The notes beneath the pieces were generated by a model. It ran no database searches and was not told the origin of the DNA. It was given only the letters and a program-made list of their open reading frames with translations. Positions 1-6,960 of a stretch of DNA of 18,249 bases are shown here, piece by piece (the first letter of the stretch is position 1; each line of letters starts with the position of its first letter). This stretch comes from Candidatus Omnitrophota bacterium (lineage in GTDB: Bacteria > Ratteibacteria > UBA8468 > MWAK01), in assembly GCA_043826355.1 (NCBI GenBank), contig JBDRQI010000019.1, positions 1 to 18,249 of the forward strand, read 5' to 3'. A program made the translations under genes and the position numbers.

Positions 1-1
1 C

Positions 2-358
2 GGTGTTGAGTCTGTTGAGGCTATGGGACAAAAACCTTTGGCTTATGTTCATCTGGATTATGGCGGAAAATCTGGAAGGCCAGGTTCCGGTGTTATTCTT
101 TGTTGCGCATCAGGTCCAACTTATCACTGTTCATATTATGCCAGCGCCTACAGTCAATGGGGTGCTATTCATTCACCAAACTTAGGGGATTTTGAATTTC
201 CCTGGGCGGCAACCAAAATCCTGAAGAGAATAAAGGAGATGGTTAAAACTAATAAGCCCCCGGTTCCTTATGAAGAAATGATTGAAGGAATCGCTATCGC
301 GACGGCCGCCAGGCTATCCCAAAAAGAACACCGAAAAATATATTTAAAAGAAGTTTGA
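2..358 (+). CDS. 3' part of a probable Gfo/Idh/MocA-family oxidoreductase (copy 1, 5'-truncated by the window edge)
   Basis: The frame is open from base 2 (GVESVEAMGQKP...) to TGA 356-358. The C-terminus 'IKEMVKTNKPPVPYEEMIEGIAIATAARLSQKEHRKIYL' resembles typical Gfo/Idh/MocA C-termini. A paralogous copy lies at the other end of the window. Confidence 0.6.
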   Translation, partial: GVESVEAMGQKPLAYVHLDYGGKSGRPGSGVILCCASGPTYHCSYYASAYSQWGAIHSPNLGDFEFPWAATKILKRIKEMVKTNKPPVPYEEMIEGIAIATAARLSQKEHRKIYLKEV

Positions 359-390
359 TTAATCCTATAATCCTCGACAGATTTAGGAGT
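155..390 (+). repeat. Left arm of a long inverted repeat, paired with about 18014-18249
   Basis: Bases 155-286 are the exact reverse complement of 18118-18249 (132 bp). Bases 287-358 versus 18046-18117 show 10 mismatches in 72. Weaker similarity continues about 30 bp past the stop codon. Confidence 0.97.
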
Positions 391-717
391 AATAGTATAT
401 TCAGTAAAAAGGAAAAGGTAACATATTAGTGTTAAATAGTCAGAGAAATCGGACCTCAACCCACATACAAAAAGCCTGAAAAACGGGAGGAGAAATTGAG
501 GAGATACACGAAGTAGTGGAAAGAGCAAAGAAGGAGATGGCGTAAGAATTAACCTTTAGATAATTTACTTTGAAGGAGTCAGACCATGCCCACACTATTA
601 CGAATTGAAGAACCAATTAATGGTGCAATTATTAACTGGCGTCAAGGAAAGAAAACAGAAGAGGGTTTGCTAATTTCTGTTTGTGGTTTGGACTGCACCC
701 TTAAAGTTGGACACTTA

Positions 718-726
718 TGTTAGAAT
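718..726 (+). promoter_or_regulatory. Candidate extended -10 promoter (TGnTAGAAT) for the IS3 transposase
   Basis: TGTTAGAAT lies just inside IRL. It is followed by a GCCCCC-AACC-GGGGGC hairpin (745-760) and RBS AAGGAG before ATG 778. Confidence 0.4.
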
Positions 727-777
727 ACCTGGCAGAGCCTAACCGCCCCCAACCGGGGGCAGAAAGGAGCACCTGCC

Positions 778-1134
778 ATGAAAGACAGAAGAAGTTTTAC
801 CCCGGACTTCAAACGCCGGGTCGTTGAAGAATCACTCAGTGGTGTCACGACCCCAGCACAACTCGTCCGCAAATACAACATTTCCTGGGGAGTGCTCTAC
901 CGCTGGAAGAAACGCTACGGCCTGGGCAAACTGGGTAATCCTCCCCGTTACGAATTAGCCTACAAGGAACGAATCAAGGAACTTGAGTGCATGGTCGGAA
1001 AACTGACCATGGACAATGACTTTTTAAAAAACGCTCTTTCCACCACGATCGAACAAACCCGGAAAAGAGAGAGCTTATTGCCGGCTCCTCTACCAGAAAT
1101 CACGGCGGCGTCAAAAGGCGGTGCCAAATGCTGA
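778..1134 (+). CDS. IS3-family transposase OrfA (HTH plus leucine-zipper-like segment)
   Basis: Shows 'RRSFTPDFKRRVV...AQLVRKYNISWGVLYRWKKRY' (HTH_Tnp_1-like) and 'RIKELECMVGKLTMDNDFLKNA', with an upstream RBS. Confidence 0.93.
   Translation: MKDRRSFTPDFKRRVVEESLSGVTTPAQLVRKYNISWGVLYRWKKRYGLGKLGNPPRYELAYKERIKELECMVGKLTMDNDFLKNALSTTIEQTRKRESLLPAPLPEITAASKGGAKC
1026..1032 (+). promoter_or_regulatory. Candidate -1 programmed ribosomal frameshift heptamer A_AAA_AAC
   Basis: X_XXY_YYZ motif in the OrfA frame (TTA AAA AAC). The -1 frame opens right after TGA 1017-1019 and runs without a stop into OrfB (...GVKRRCQMLNIARSTYYY). Confidence 0.6.
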
Positions 1135-1967
1135 ATATCGCCCGCAGCACCTATTACTACCGGCCGAAAAACCGTGACAGAATTAAGACCGACACCAATC
1201 TTCAGGACCGGATAGAAGCAATTGCCCTGGAATTCTCTAAGTACGGCTACCGGCGTATAACCAATCAACTTCGGCTGGAAGGAATTCGCGTAAACCACAA
1301 ACGCATCTTACGCATCATACGGGAAAGTTCCCTCCTGGTGGCGGTTAAAAAGCGCTGGGTGGCCACCACCGATTCCAACCACAATTACCCAGTCTATCCG
1401 GACCTGACAAAAGAACAGCCGCCAACGGCGATAAACCAGGTTTGGGTATCCGACATCACCTACATCCGGATAGAATCAGGTTTTGTTTATTTATCGGTTA
1501 TCCTGGACGCCTTCTCCCGCCGGGTCATCGGCTACTGCGTTTCCAGGGGTTTGGATAACCAGATTACGCTTACGGCCTTGGATATGGCCATCTGCCGAAG
1601 AAACCCCGCCCCGGGAATAATCCACCATTCCGACGAGGGGTGCAGTATGCCTCCGGTGATTATACCCGGCGGCTCAAGAACTGCGGTTTTCAAATCAGCA
1701 TGTCCCGGAAAGGCAACCCTTACGATAACGCCAAAGCCGAGAGTTTCTTCAAGACCCTGAAAGCGGAAGAAGTTTACCTCTGGGAATACCTTTGCCGATG
1801 TTCAGGAACGAATTCCCTATTTTCTGGATGCGGTGTATAATAAAAAGAGATTGCATTCTTCCCTGGGGTATCTGCCCCCGGAGGAATTTGAAAACAGGTT
1901 ACTTTTCAAAGAACAAAAAAATCACCGGCCGGAGCCAGGTTATTCTAACCTGTCTGTCCAAGGATAA
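1128..1967 (+). pseudogene. IS3-family transposase OrfB (DDE integrase core), two frameshifts
   Basis: Motifs YGYRRI, WVSDITY, HHSD(E)G, YDNAKAESFFKTLK and YNKKRLHSSLGYLPPEEFE are split over frames. There is one frameshift near 1637-1640 (HSDEG/VQYAS) and one near 1787-1791 (WEY/FADV). The final stop is TAA 1965-1967, inside IRR. Confidence 0.9.
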
Positions 1968-2277
1968 GGGTTCACTTCAGTTCTGCTGCTTGTTGGAAGT
2001 TTTGTTAGTGTTAATGGTGGAATAGAAGTGAAGTATAAAGGAGAAAACTATGGCACAGAGGTTTTATTAAAAAAAGAAGAGACAGACATTGGTGTTACCG
2101 CTAGCGGTTCTTATGGTCATCAAGAACAATATATTCGTGTGGTTTGGGACAAGTTTTCTAGGCCACGATATCAATTTTTTATTGATGATAACATTTTCTT
2201 TTTGAGAGATATTTTTCAAAATAACTACAAATCTCTATTTGATTGCTTTTATCTTGCTGGACTAAAAGAATTACACC

Positions 2278-2551
2278 AAAAATAACGTTGAACCTGTCGG
2301 ACGATTTCCATGTTAAGACGGGAATTCTTAGGAATGTTATGCAGGACCCTAATTCCTAAATCAGAAATCGCTTTTTTTATTTTTCGAACCGAAAAACAAC
2401 CGTCTTCATCTGTTTGGTGTTCCAGGAAACCGGCGCCCAATTGGCTAATCTTCTCCTCCAGCGTCATCCGGGTTAGCAGGTCCCTAACTCGTTTTTCAAC
2501 TGACCGGCTATTATCAAGATACAACCTGTATCCTTTTTTCTTTCGTTTCAT
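2278..2551 (-). pseudogene. N-terminal fragment of a GH3 beta-glucosidase/beta-xylosidase
   Basis: 'YLDNSRSVEKRVRDLLTRMTLEEKISQL' is the classic GH3 N-terminus. Similarity ends at 'VRQVQRY', just before the expected 'RLGIP' motif. The frame then runs into the antisense of the plus-strand gene and stops at 2249. Confidence 0.85.
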
Positions 2552-2705
2552 GGTATCTCTTCTTTCGTCGTTCTGTTTTCGTACTCTTTTTCCTTGCTTA
2601 TTCCAGCCGATAACTAAGCAGGTTCAGTTCCAGAATGACGCTGTGAAGCAACCAGCCGGTCTGAATTATAAACCAACACCCTTAATTTATGGCACTTTTA
2701 AATTG

Positions 2706-3758
2706 TCAGGCAAGCGGATAGGAACCGGCTTTTTTTGCCGTTTTAATCATCGCCCGCAGATTCTCCGGTTTGACTCCGGAAGAGATGGTGTTAGAAGAAG
2801 AAAGGATGTGCCTTCCGCCCGGGGAGTATCTTTTAATATTCTCTCTGGTCTCTTTGATTACTTCTTCTTTTGTGCCCCTTACCAGGACGTCCACCTCAAC
2901 ACTGCCCATCACCGCTACTTTCGGATAACGGCTTTTGATTAGAGCAAGGTCGGTGCCGGCGCTTGCCTGCAGGGGACCCAGACAGTCAAGACCGGTACCA
3001 ACCAGCATATCCATAATTTTCCAAATATTGCCGTCGGTGTGCTTGATGCAGTATGCGCCGGCACCCTTGATTTCCTTAACTATCCTGGAAAGACCCGGAA
3101 GAATAAATCTCCGGAAATCATCCGGGGAAACCAGCGGTCCGGTTTTTCCGGCGTAGTCATCGCCCAAAATAATAATTTCAATCCCTTCTTTGATAACCCG
3201 GCGGTAGAGTTCAATGTAATATTCTTCGGATATCTTTGCCAGACTTTCCGCCAGTGAAGGGTTGAGTTTAAAATCAATCGCCAGGTTTTCTAGTCCGCCC
3301 CGCAGATACTGTGGGGCGGCAAAAACATCTTCACCTACAAAGATAAGAGCTTTCTTGTCCTTGAAGCGCCTGACCATCTCCTTTACTGCGCTCATAATGC
3401 CCGGGTTCGCCGGGTCAGGCGGGGTGTAGGAGGCAAGGTCTGCCTCCGAGTCAATGCGGACCGGAGGAATGATTATGGGAATGGCTTCTTCGGTAAACTG
3501 CTGGCGGGCGCCCCACTTGTCGCGGAAGATCTTTTTCTCCCGATCAATCCAGTCTATGTCGGGAGGAACGATGCCGGCCAGTGAATTGACCGCATCGTAA
3601 TAGTCGGACTCTTCTATAAAATCATAATAGGATTTACCGGGAAATAGCGGATGAAAAGCCTTTTCGTCAACCCAGATTTCCGCAATTGGAATCCGGTCTG
3701 GAATTTCTCCTTCCAGGACAGCGAAGATGCGTTCTGCGGAATTAATTTTTCCCCCCAA
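2706..3758 (-). CDS. Uroporphyrinogen decarboxylase / MtaA-CmuA (URO-D/CIMS-like) fold protein of unknown function
   Basis: Shows 'NSAERIFAVLEGEIPDRIP', 'DKWG', 'LRGGLENL', 'GDDYAGKTGPLVSPDDFRRFILP', 'KHTDGN' and 'ILSSSNTISSGVKPENLRAM'. The start is uncertain (TTG 3758 or ATT 3746). Confidence 0.85.
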   Translation of the reverse strand: MGGKINSAERIFAVLEGEIPDRIPIAEIWVDEKAFHPLFPGKSYYDFIEESDYYDAVNSLAGIVPPDIDWIDREKKIFRDKWGARQQFTEEAIPIIIPPVRIDSEADLASYTPPDPANPGIMSAVKEMVRRFKDKKALIFVGEDVFAAPQYLRGGLENLAIDFKLNPSLAESLAKISEEYYIELYRRVIKEGIEIIILGDDYAGKTGPLVSPDDFRRFILPGLSRIVKEIKGAGAYCIKHTDGNIWKIMDMLVGTGLDCLGPLQASAGTDLALIKSRYPKVAVMGSVEVDVLVRGTKEEVIKETRENIKRYSPGGRHILSSSNTISSGVKPENLRAMIKTAKKAGSYPLA

Positions 3759-4671
3759 TTGTTTTCTGGACGGTCTTTGCTATCGCCTCCGGAGACATAC
3801 CGTATTTACCCCGCAACCACTCTTGGCTGCCGACTAGGGAGACGTAAATATCCGGCAAGGCGATACGCTTGAACTTAATGCCGGTGATGTTGTTATCCAC
3901 CAGCACCTCTGCCACCGTGCCGCCCATACCCCCGGAGAGGTTATGCTCTTCCACGGTGATGATGGCGCCGGTCTCCCGGGCGCAGTCTTTAATCATCCTG
4001 GCGTCTATCGGTTTGATGGTCGGCAGGCTGACCAGGCGACAGTTGATGCCTTTTTTGGCCAGGATATCGCTGGCCAGAAGGACGTTGTAGCCGATAGGTC
4101 CGGTGAAGATAATGGCAGCATCCTTGCCTTCTTTAACCCGGATTGCCTTGCCGATTTTAAAGTTAATCTTCTTCTGGTGGATATCCTTTTCCCCTTTGTA
4201 GCCGCAGCGGTAGTAGACGGGCCCGTCATACTCAATCATGGCCCGGGTGGCAGCTTCCGCCTCCACGCAGTCGCAGGGGCAAAGGACCACTAGGTTGGGC
4301 AGTGCCCGCATGATGGCGATGTCTTCGGTGGAGTGGTGGGAGATGCCCAGGGGGCCGTAGGAGACCCCGCCGCCGATGATGACTATCTTGACGTTGGCGT
4401 TGTGGTAGCAGACGTCGTTGCGTATCTGCTCCAGGCAGCGCAGGGTAGGAAAGTTGGCGATGGAGTAAGTTACCGCGATATTGCCTTCCAGGGCGATGCC
4501 GCAGGCAACCCCGGTCATGTTCTGTTCGGCCACGCCCACGTTAAAGTAGCGTTCCGGAAAGGTATCCCGGAAGGGCTCAATCTCGCCGTAGCCGATGTCG
4601 GCCAAAACCATGTAAATCCTCTTGTTCTTCTTGGCCAGTTCCAAAAGGGTCTTGTTGAATATCTTCCTCAT
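3742..4671 (-). CDS. Split transketolase, C-terminal (pyrimidine-binding) subunit
   Basis: Shows 'FPERYFNVGVAEQNM', 'LEQIRND', 'GISHHSTED' and 'ITVEEHNLSGGMG'. The start is placed at ATG 4671, an ATGA overlap with the upstream stop, rather than at the ORF-track 4725. Confidence 0.93.
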   Translation of the reverse strand: MRKIFNKTLLELAKKNKRIYMVLADIGYGEIEPFRDTFPERYFNVGVAEQNMTGVACGIALEGNIAVTYSIANFPTLRCLEQIRNDVCYHNANVKIVIIGGGVSYGPLGISHHSTEDIAIMRALPNLVVLCPCDCVEAEAATRAMIEYDGPVYYRCGYKGEKDIHQKKINFKIGKAIRVKEGKDAAIIFTGPIGYNVLLASDILAKKGINCRLVSLPTIKPIDARMIKDCARETGAIITVEEHNLSGGMGGTVAEVLVDNNITGIKFKRIALPDIYVSLVGSQEWLRGKYGMSPEAIAKTVQKTIGGKN

Positions 4672-5489
4672 GGCTCCACCCCCAGTTCCCGGCAGGCCTG
4701 GACAAGCTCCTGGTCGTTGGCGCATTTGTAATGGCTGGCCACGGTATCTTCCAGGAAGGAGACGCCCTTGCCTTTGACGGTATGGCAGATAAGAAAAGAG
4801 GGCTTATCCGGTTGGAAAGGCAGGGTTGAGAGGGCGTCTTCAATCTCCTTAAAGTTGTGTCCGTCTATCTCCTTTGCCGCCCAGCGGAAATCTTTAATCT
4901 TTTGGGCGAACGGCTCCAGGTCGATGATATCCTTGCTTCGGCCCAGGGCCTGGATTCTGTTGTAGTCAACGACAGCAACCAGGTTATCCAGGCGGTGCTG
5001 GGCGGCGAACATAATCGCTTCCCAGGTGGAACCCTCATTGCAGTCGCCGTCGCTCATCAGGCAGAAGATGCGGTGCTTTTTGTGGTTGTGTTTGGCGTGA
5101 ATGGCCAGGCCGCAGGCAACCGGCAGGCCGTGGCCCAGGGAGCCGGTGGAAAACTCAACCCCGGGCACGTGGTGGCTGATGTGGCCCATCAGGCGGCCGT
5201 TGTCCCGGTAATAGGTCTGCAGCCATTCTTTAGGGAAAAAGCCCTTTTCCGCCAGGACGGCATAGACAACGGCGGCGGCATGTCCCTTGGAAAGGATGAA
5301 GCGGTCCCGGTGTGGCCATTTTGGTTTCCTGGGGTCAACCTTCAATATTTTTGTGTAAAGAACAGCCAGGATGTCGGCCATGGAAAGGCTGCTTCCCACG
5401 TGGCCGCTCTTACCCCGGTGGGTCATCCGGACTGCGTGTGCGCGGATATTGGCGGCAAGACAGCGGTAATTTTCAAACCGGTCTTTCAT
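4668..5489 (-). CDS. Split transketolase, N-terminal (ThDP-binding) subunit
   Basis: Shows 'SGHVGSSLS', 'DRFILSKGH', 'STGSLGHGL', the ThDP motif 'SDGDCNEG...DYN' and 'HTVKGKG'. RBS AGGAGG lies upstream. Confidence 0.95.
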   Translation of the reverse strand: MKDRFENYRCLAANIRAHAVRMTHRGKSGHVGSSLSMADILAVLYTKILKVDPRKPKWPHRDRFILSKGHAAAVVYAVLAEKGFFPKEWLQTYYRDNGRLMGHISHHVPGVEFSTGSLGHGLPVACGLAIHAKHNHKKHRIFCLMSDGDCNEGSTWEAIMFAAQHRLDNLVAVVDYNRIQALGRSKDIIDLEPFAQKIKDFRWAAKEIDGHNFKEIEDALSTLPFQPDKPSFLICHTVKGKGVSFLEDTVASHYKCANDQELVQACRELGVEP

Positions 5490-5510
5490 AAAAAGCGCCT
5501 CCTGTTTTTG

Positions 5511-5564
5511 GCGACCCTGTACGCCGGAGGCGTATTCGCCTTTGGCGGAAAAGGGTCGCGCTAC
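5511..5564 (-). repeat. GTAG-type REP-like palindrome with a double-hairpin insert in its loop
   Basis: Outer stem GCGACCCT (5511-5518) / AGGGTCGC (5552-5559), then G-CTAC (GTAG on the minus strand). Inner hairpins are TACGCC-GGA-GGCGTA (5520-5534) and TTCGCC-TTT-GGCGGA (5535-5549). Confidence 0.7.
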
Positions 5565-5566
5565 AT

Positions 5567-6943
5567 TTATAGTTTAAAGTGTTTAACCGCAGCCGTAAGG
5601 GATTTATCAATTAAGTCAAGCATAAAATCAACCGATTCCCGGTTAATATTCAGCGCCGGCGCAATTACCAGGATGTCTCCGTTGTTGCGTAAAATCATCC
5701 CGTTCTTCCAGCAGTAGTCCCGGACCCAGTTACCAACCTTCAACTTCGGGTCAAACGGTTTATTCTTTTCCCGGTCCGCAACCAGTTCCACCGCCAGAAG
5801 CATTCCGATACCCTGGATGGAACCGATACAGGAATGCCTGCCGGATAACCGGGCCAGATTGTCTTTAATATATTCACCCGTCTTCGCCGCCTTTTCCACC
5901 AGGTGTTCTTTCTCAATAATGTTAATATTGGCCAGTGTGGTAGCGCAGGCGGTCGTATGGCCGCCGTAAGTTGAACCGGACCGCAGTTCGGAACCGGGCG
6001 CCTCAAAAACCTTGTAAATCTTTGGCGTGGTAATGGTAACGCCCAGCGGGAGGTACCCGCCGGTCAGGCCCTTGCCCAGCGTCATGATATCCGGCGTAAC
6101 CCCTTCATGTTCGCAGAAAAACCATTTTCCGGTCTTGCCGAATCCGGTCTGAATCTCGTCAAAAATAAGCACTATACCGTACTTATTGCAAAGATTACGA
6201 ATGCCTTTCAGGTAGCCCTCTGGCGGTAAAGGATAGGCCGTGTTTGACCCCGGCAAAGGGTCCATAATCATGCCGGCAATGCTGTCTGGAGATTCATCCT
6301 CAATGACTTTTTCCAATTCCGTTAAAAGCTTCCGGCCGTAAGCCTTTGAACTCATCCCAGGAGGGCAATCCCGTTCCCGGGCGGCTGAGACAAAAATACA
6401 GCCGGGCAGCAGAGGCTCAAAATATTCCCGGAACCATTTCAGCCCTGTGACCGATGAGCCCCCTAACGTAGTAGCATGGTAAGAGTCCCGCCGGGCAATA
6501 AATTTATAGCGATGCGGCCGGCCTTTTTCAATATGGTACTGCCGGGCAATCTTTAAAGCGGTCTCGTTTGCTTCAGAACCGCTGTTTACGAAAAATGAAA
6601 CTGAGAGGTCCCCCGGGGTAATCTCAGCCAGTTTTTTGGCAAGTTCAACCAGGGGAACAGTATAAGTGTCAACGTAATTTGGGAAGAATTCCAACTGCTT
6701 CATCTGATTTTCGGCAACGGCCGCGATTTCCTTCCTTCCGTGTCCGATAATGGTGGTGAGCAGTGACGCAAAAGTATCCAGGTATTTATTCCCTTCAATG
6801 TCCCAGAGATAGCAACCCTCCCCTTTCACGAATATCTTCGGTTCCCGGGTAAGGAGTTCGTAATTGGCAAAGTGCGGAATGATATATCTCCGGGCATCCC
6901 TTTTTAATTCTGCAATCCTCTTTTTTTTCGTCTGTGCGCTCAC
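5567..6943 (-). CDS. Class-III PLP-dependent aminotransferase (omega-amine/BioA/taurine-pyruvate-like)
   Basis: Shows 'GEGCYLWDIEGNKYLD', 'NSGSEANETALK', 'FDEIQTGFGKTG' and the PLP lysine in 'MTLGKGLTGGYLPLG'. The start is placed at GTG 6943, after RBS GGAGG. Confidence 0.93.
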   Translation of the reverse strand: MSAQTKKKRIAELKRDARRYIIPHFANYELLTREPKIFVKGEGCYLWDIEGNKYLDTFASLLTTIIGHGRKEIAAVAENQMKQLEFFPNYVDTYTVPLVELAKKLAEITPGDLSVSFFVNSGSEANETALKIARQYHIEKGRPHRYKFIARRDSYHATTLGGSSVTGLKWFREYFEPLLPGCIFVSAARERDCPPGMSSKAYGRKLLTELEKVIEDESPDSIAGMIMDPLPGSNTAYPLPPEGYLKGIRNLCNKYGIVLIFDEIQTGFGKTGKWFFCEHEGVTPDIMTLGKGLTGGYLPLGVTITTPKIYKVFEAPGSELRSGSTYGGHTTACATTLANINIIEKEHLVEKAAKTGEYIKDNLARLSGRHSCIGSIQGIGMLLAVELVADREKNKPFDPKLKVGNWVRDYCWKNGMILRNNGDILVIAPALNINRESVDFMLDLIDKSLTAAVKHFKL

Positions 6944-6960
6944 GTAACCTCCCCGCCTGA

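Larger units (their letters stand above)
689..1979 (+). mobile_element. IS3-family insertion sequence (1291 bp, IS150-like ends), degenerate
   Basis: Starts TG and ends CA. IRL 689-713 TGGACTGCACCCTTAAAGTTGGACA versus reverse-complemented IRR 1955-1979 TGAAGTGAACCCTTATCCTTGGACA gives 19/25 identity. A 3-bp direct repeat GTT lies at 686-688 and 1980-1982. The element has the OrfA/OrfB layout. Confidence 0.95.
586..2285 (+). pseudogene. Conserved-hypothetical gene interrupted by the IS3 element and truncated at its 3' end
   Basis: RBS GAAGGAG precedes ATG 586, which reads MPTLLRIEEPINGAIINWRQGKKTEEGLLISVCG up to the IS. After the IS a coding-like frame resumes (VGSFVSVNGGIEVKYK...RVVWDKFSRPRYQFFIDDNIFFLRDIFQNNYKSLFDCFYLAGLKELHQK*). 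Removing the IS and one GTT copy still leaves a 1-nt frame offset near 1983-1991. Confidence 0.7.

Noticed and set aside
3..185. 60-aa plus-strand ORF
   Set aside because: It is an alternative frame over the oxidoreductase 3' end, whose true frame is supported by the second copy.
268..528. 86-aa minus-strand ORF
   Set aside because: It is antisense to the oxidoreductase end and a purine-rich spacer, with no recognisable motif.
437..545. Coding-like purine-rich stretch ending IEEIHEVVERAKKEMA*
   Set aside because: It may be a 3' gene remnant, but it is short, lacks a start and cannot be assigned without a search.
1640..2025. ORFs 1640-1840 and 1792-2025 as separate genes
   Set aside because: The first is a frameshifted piece of OrfB; the second is an off-frame reading across the IS end.
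2310..2942. 210-aa plus-strand ORF
   Set aside because: It is an antisense shadow of the GH3 fragment and the URO-D-fold gene.
2706..3758. Calling this gene hemE
   Set aside because: The similarity is at fold level only; no HemE N-terminal RQAGR motif or tetrapyrrole context is present.
4857..5717. 286-aa plus-strand ORF and similar antisense ORFs across 2935-16795
   Set aside because: They are shadow frames opposite well-supported genes and carry no motifs.
3742..6943. Calling the cluster a sulfoglycolytic transketolase pathway
   Set aside because: No sulfoquinovosidase (GH31), sulfosugar isomerases or TauE exporter is recognisable here.
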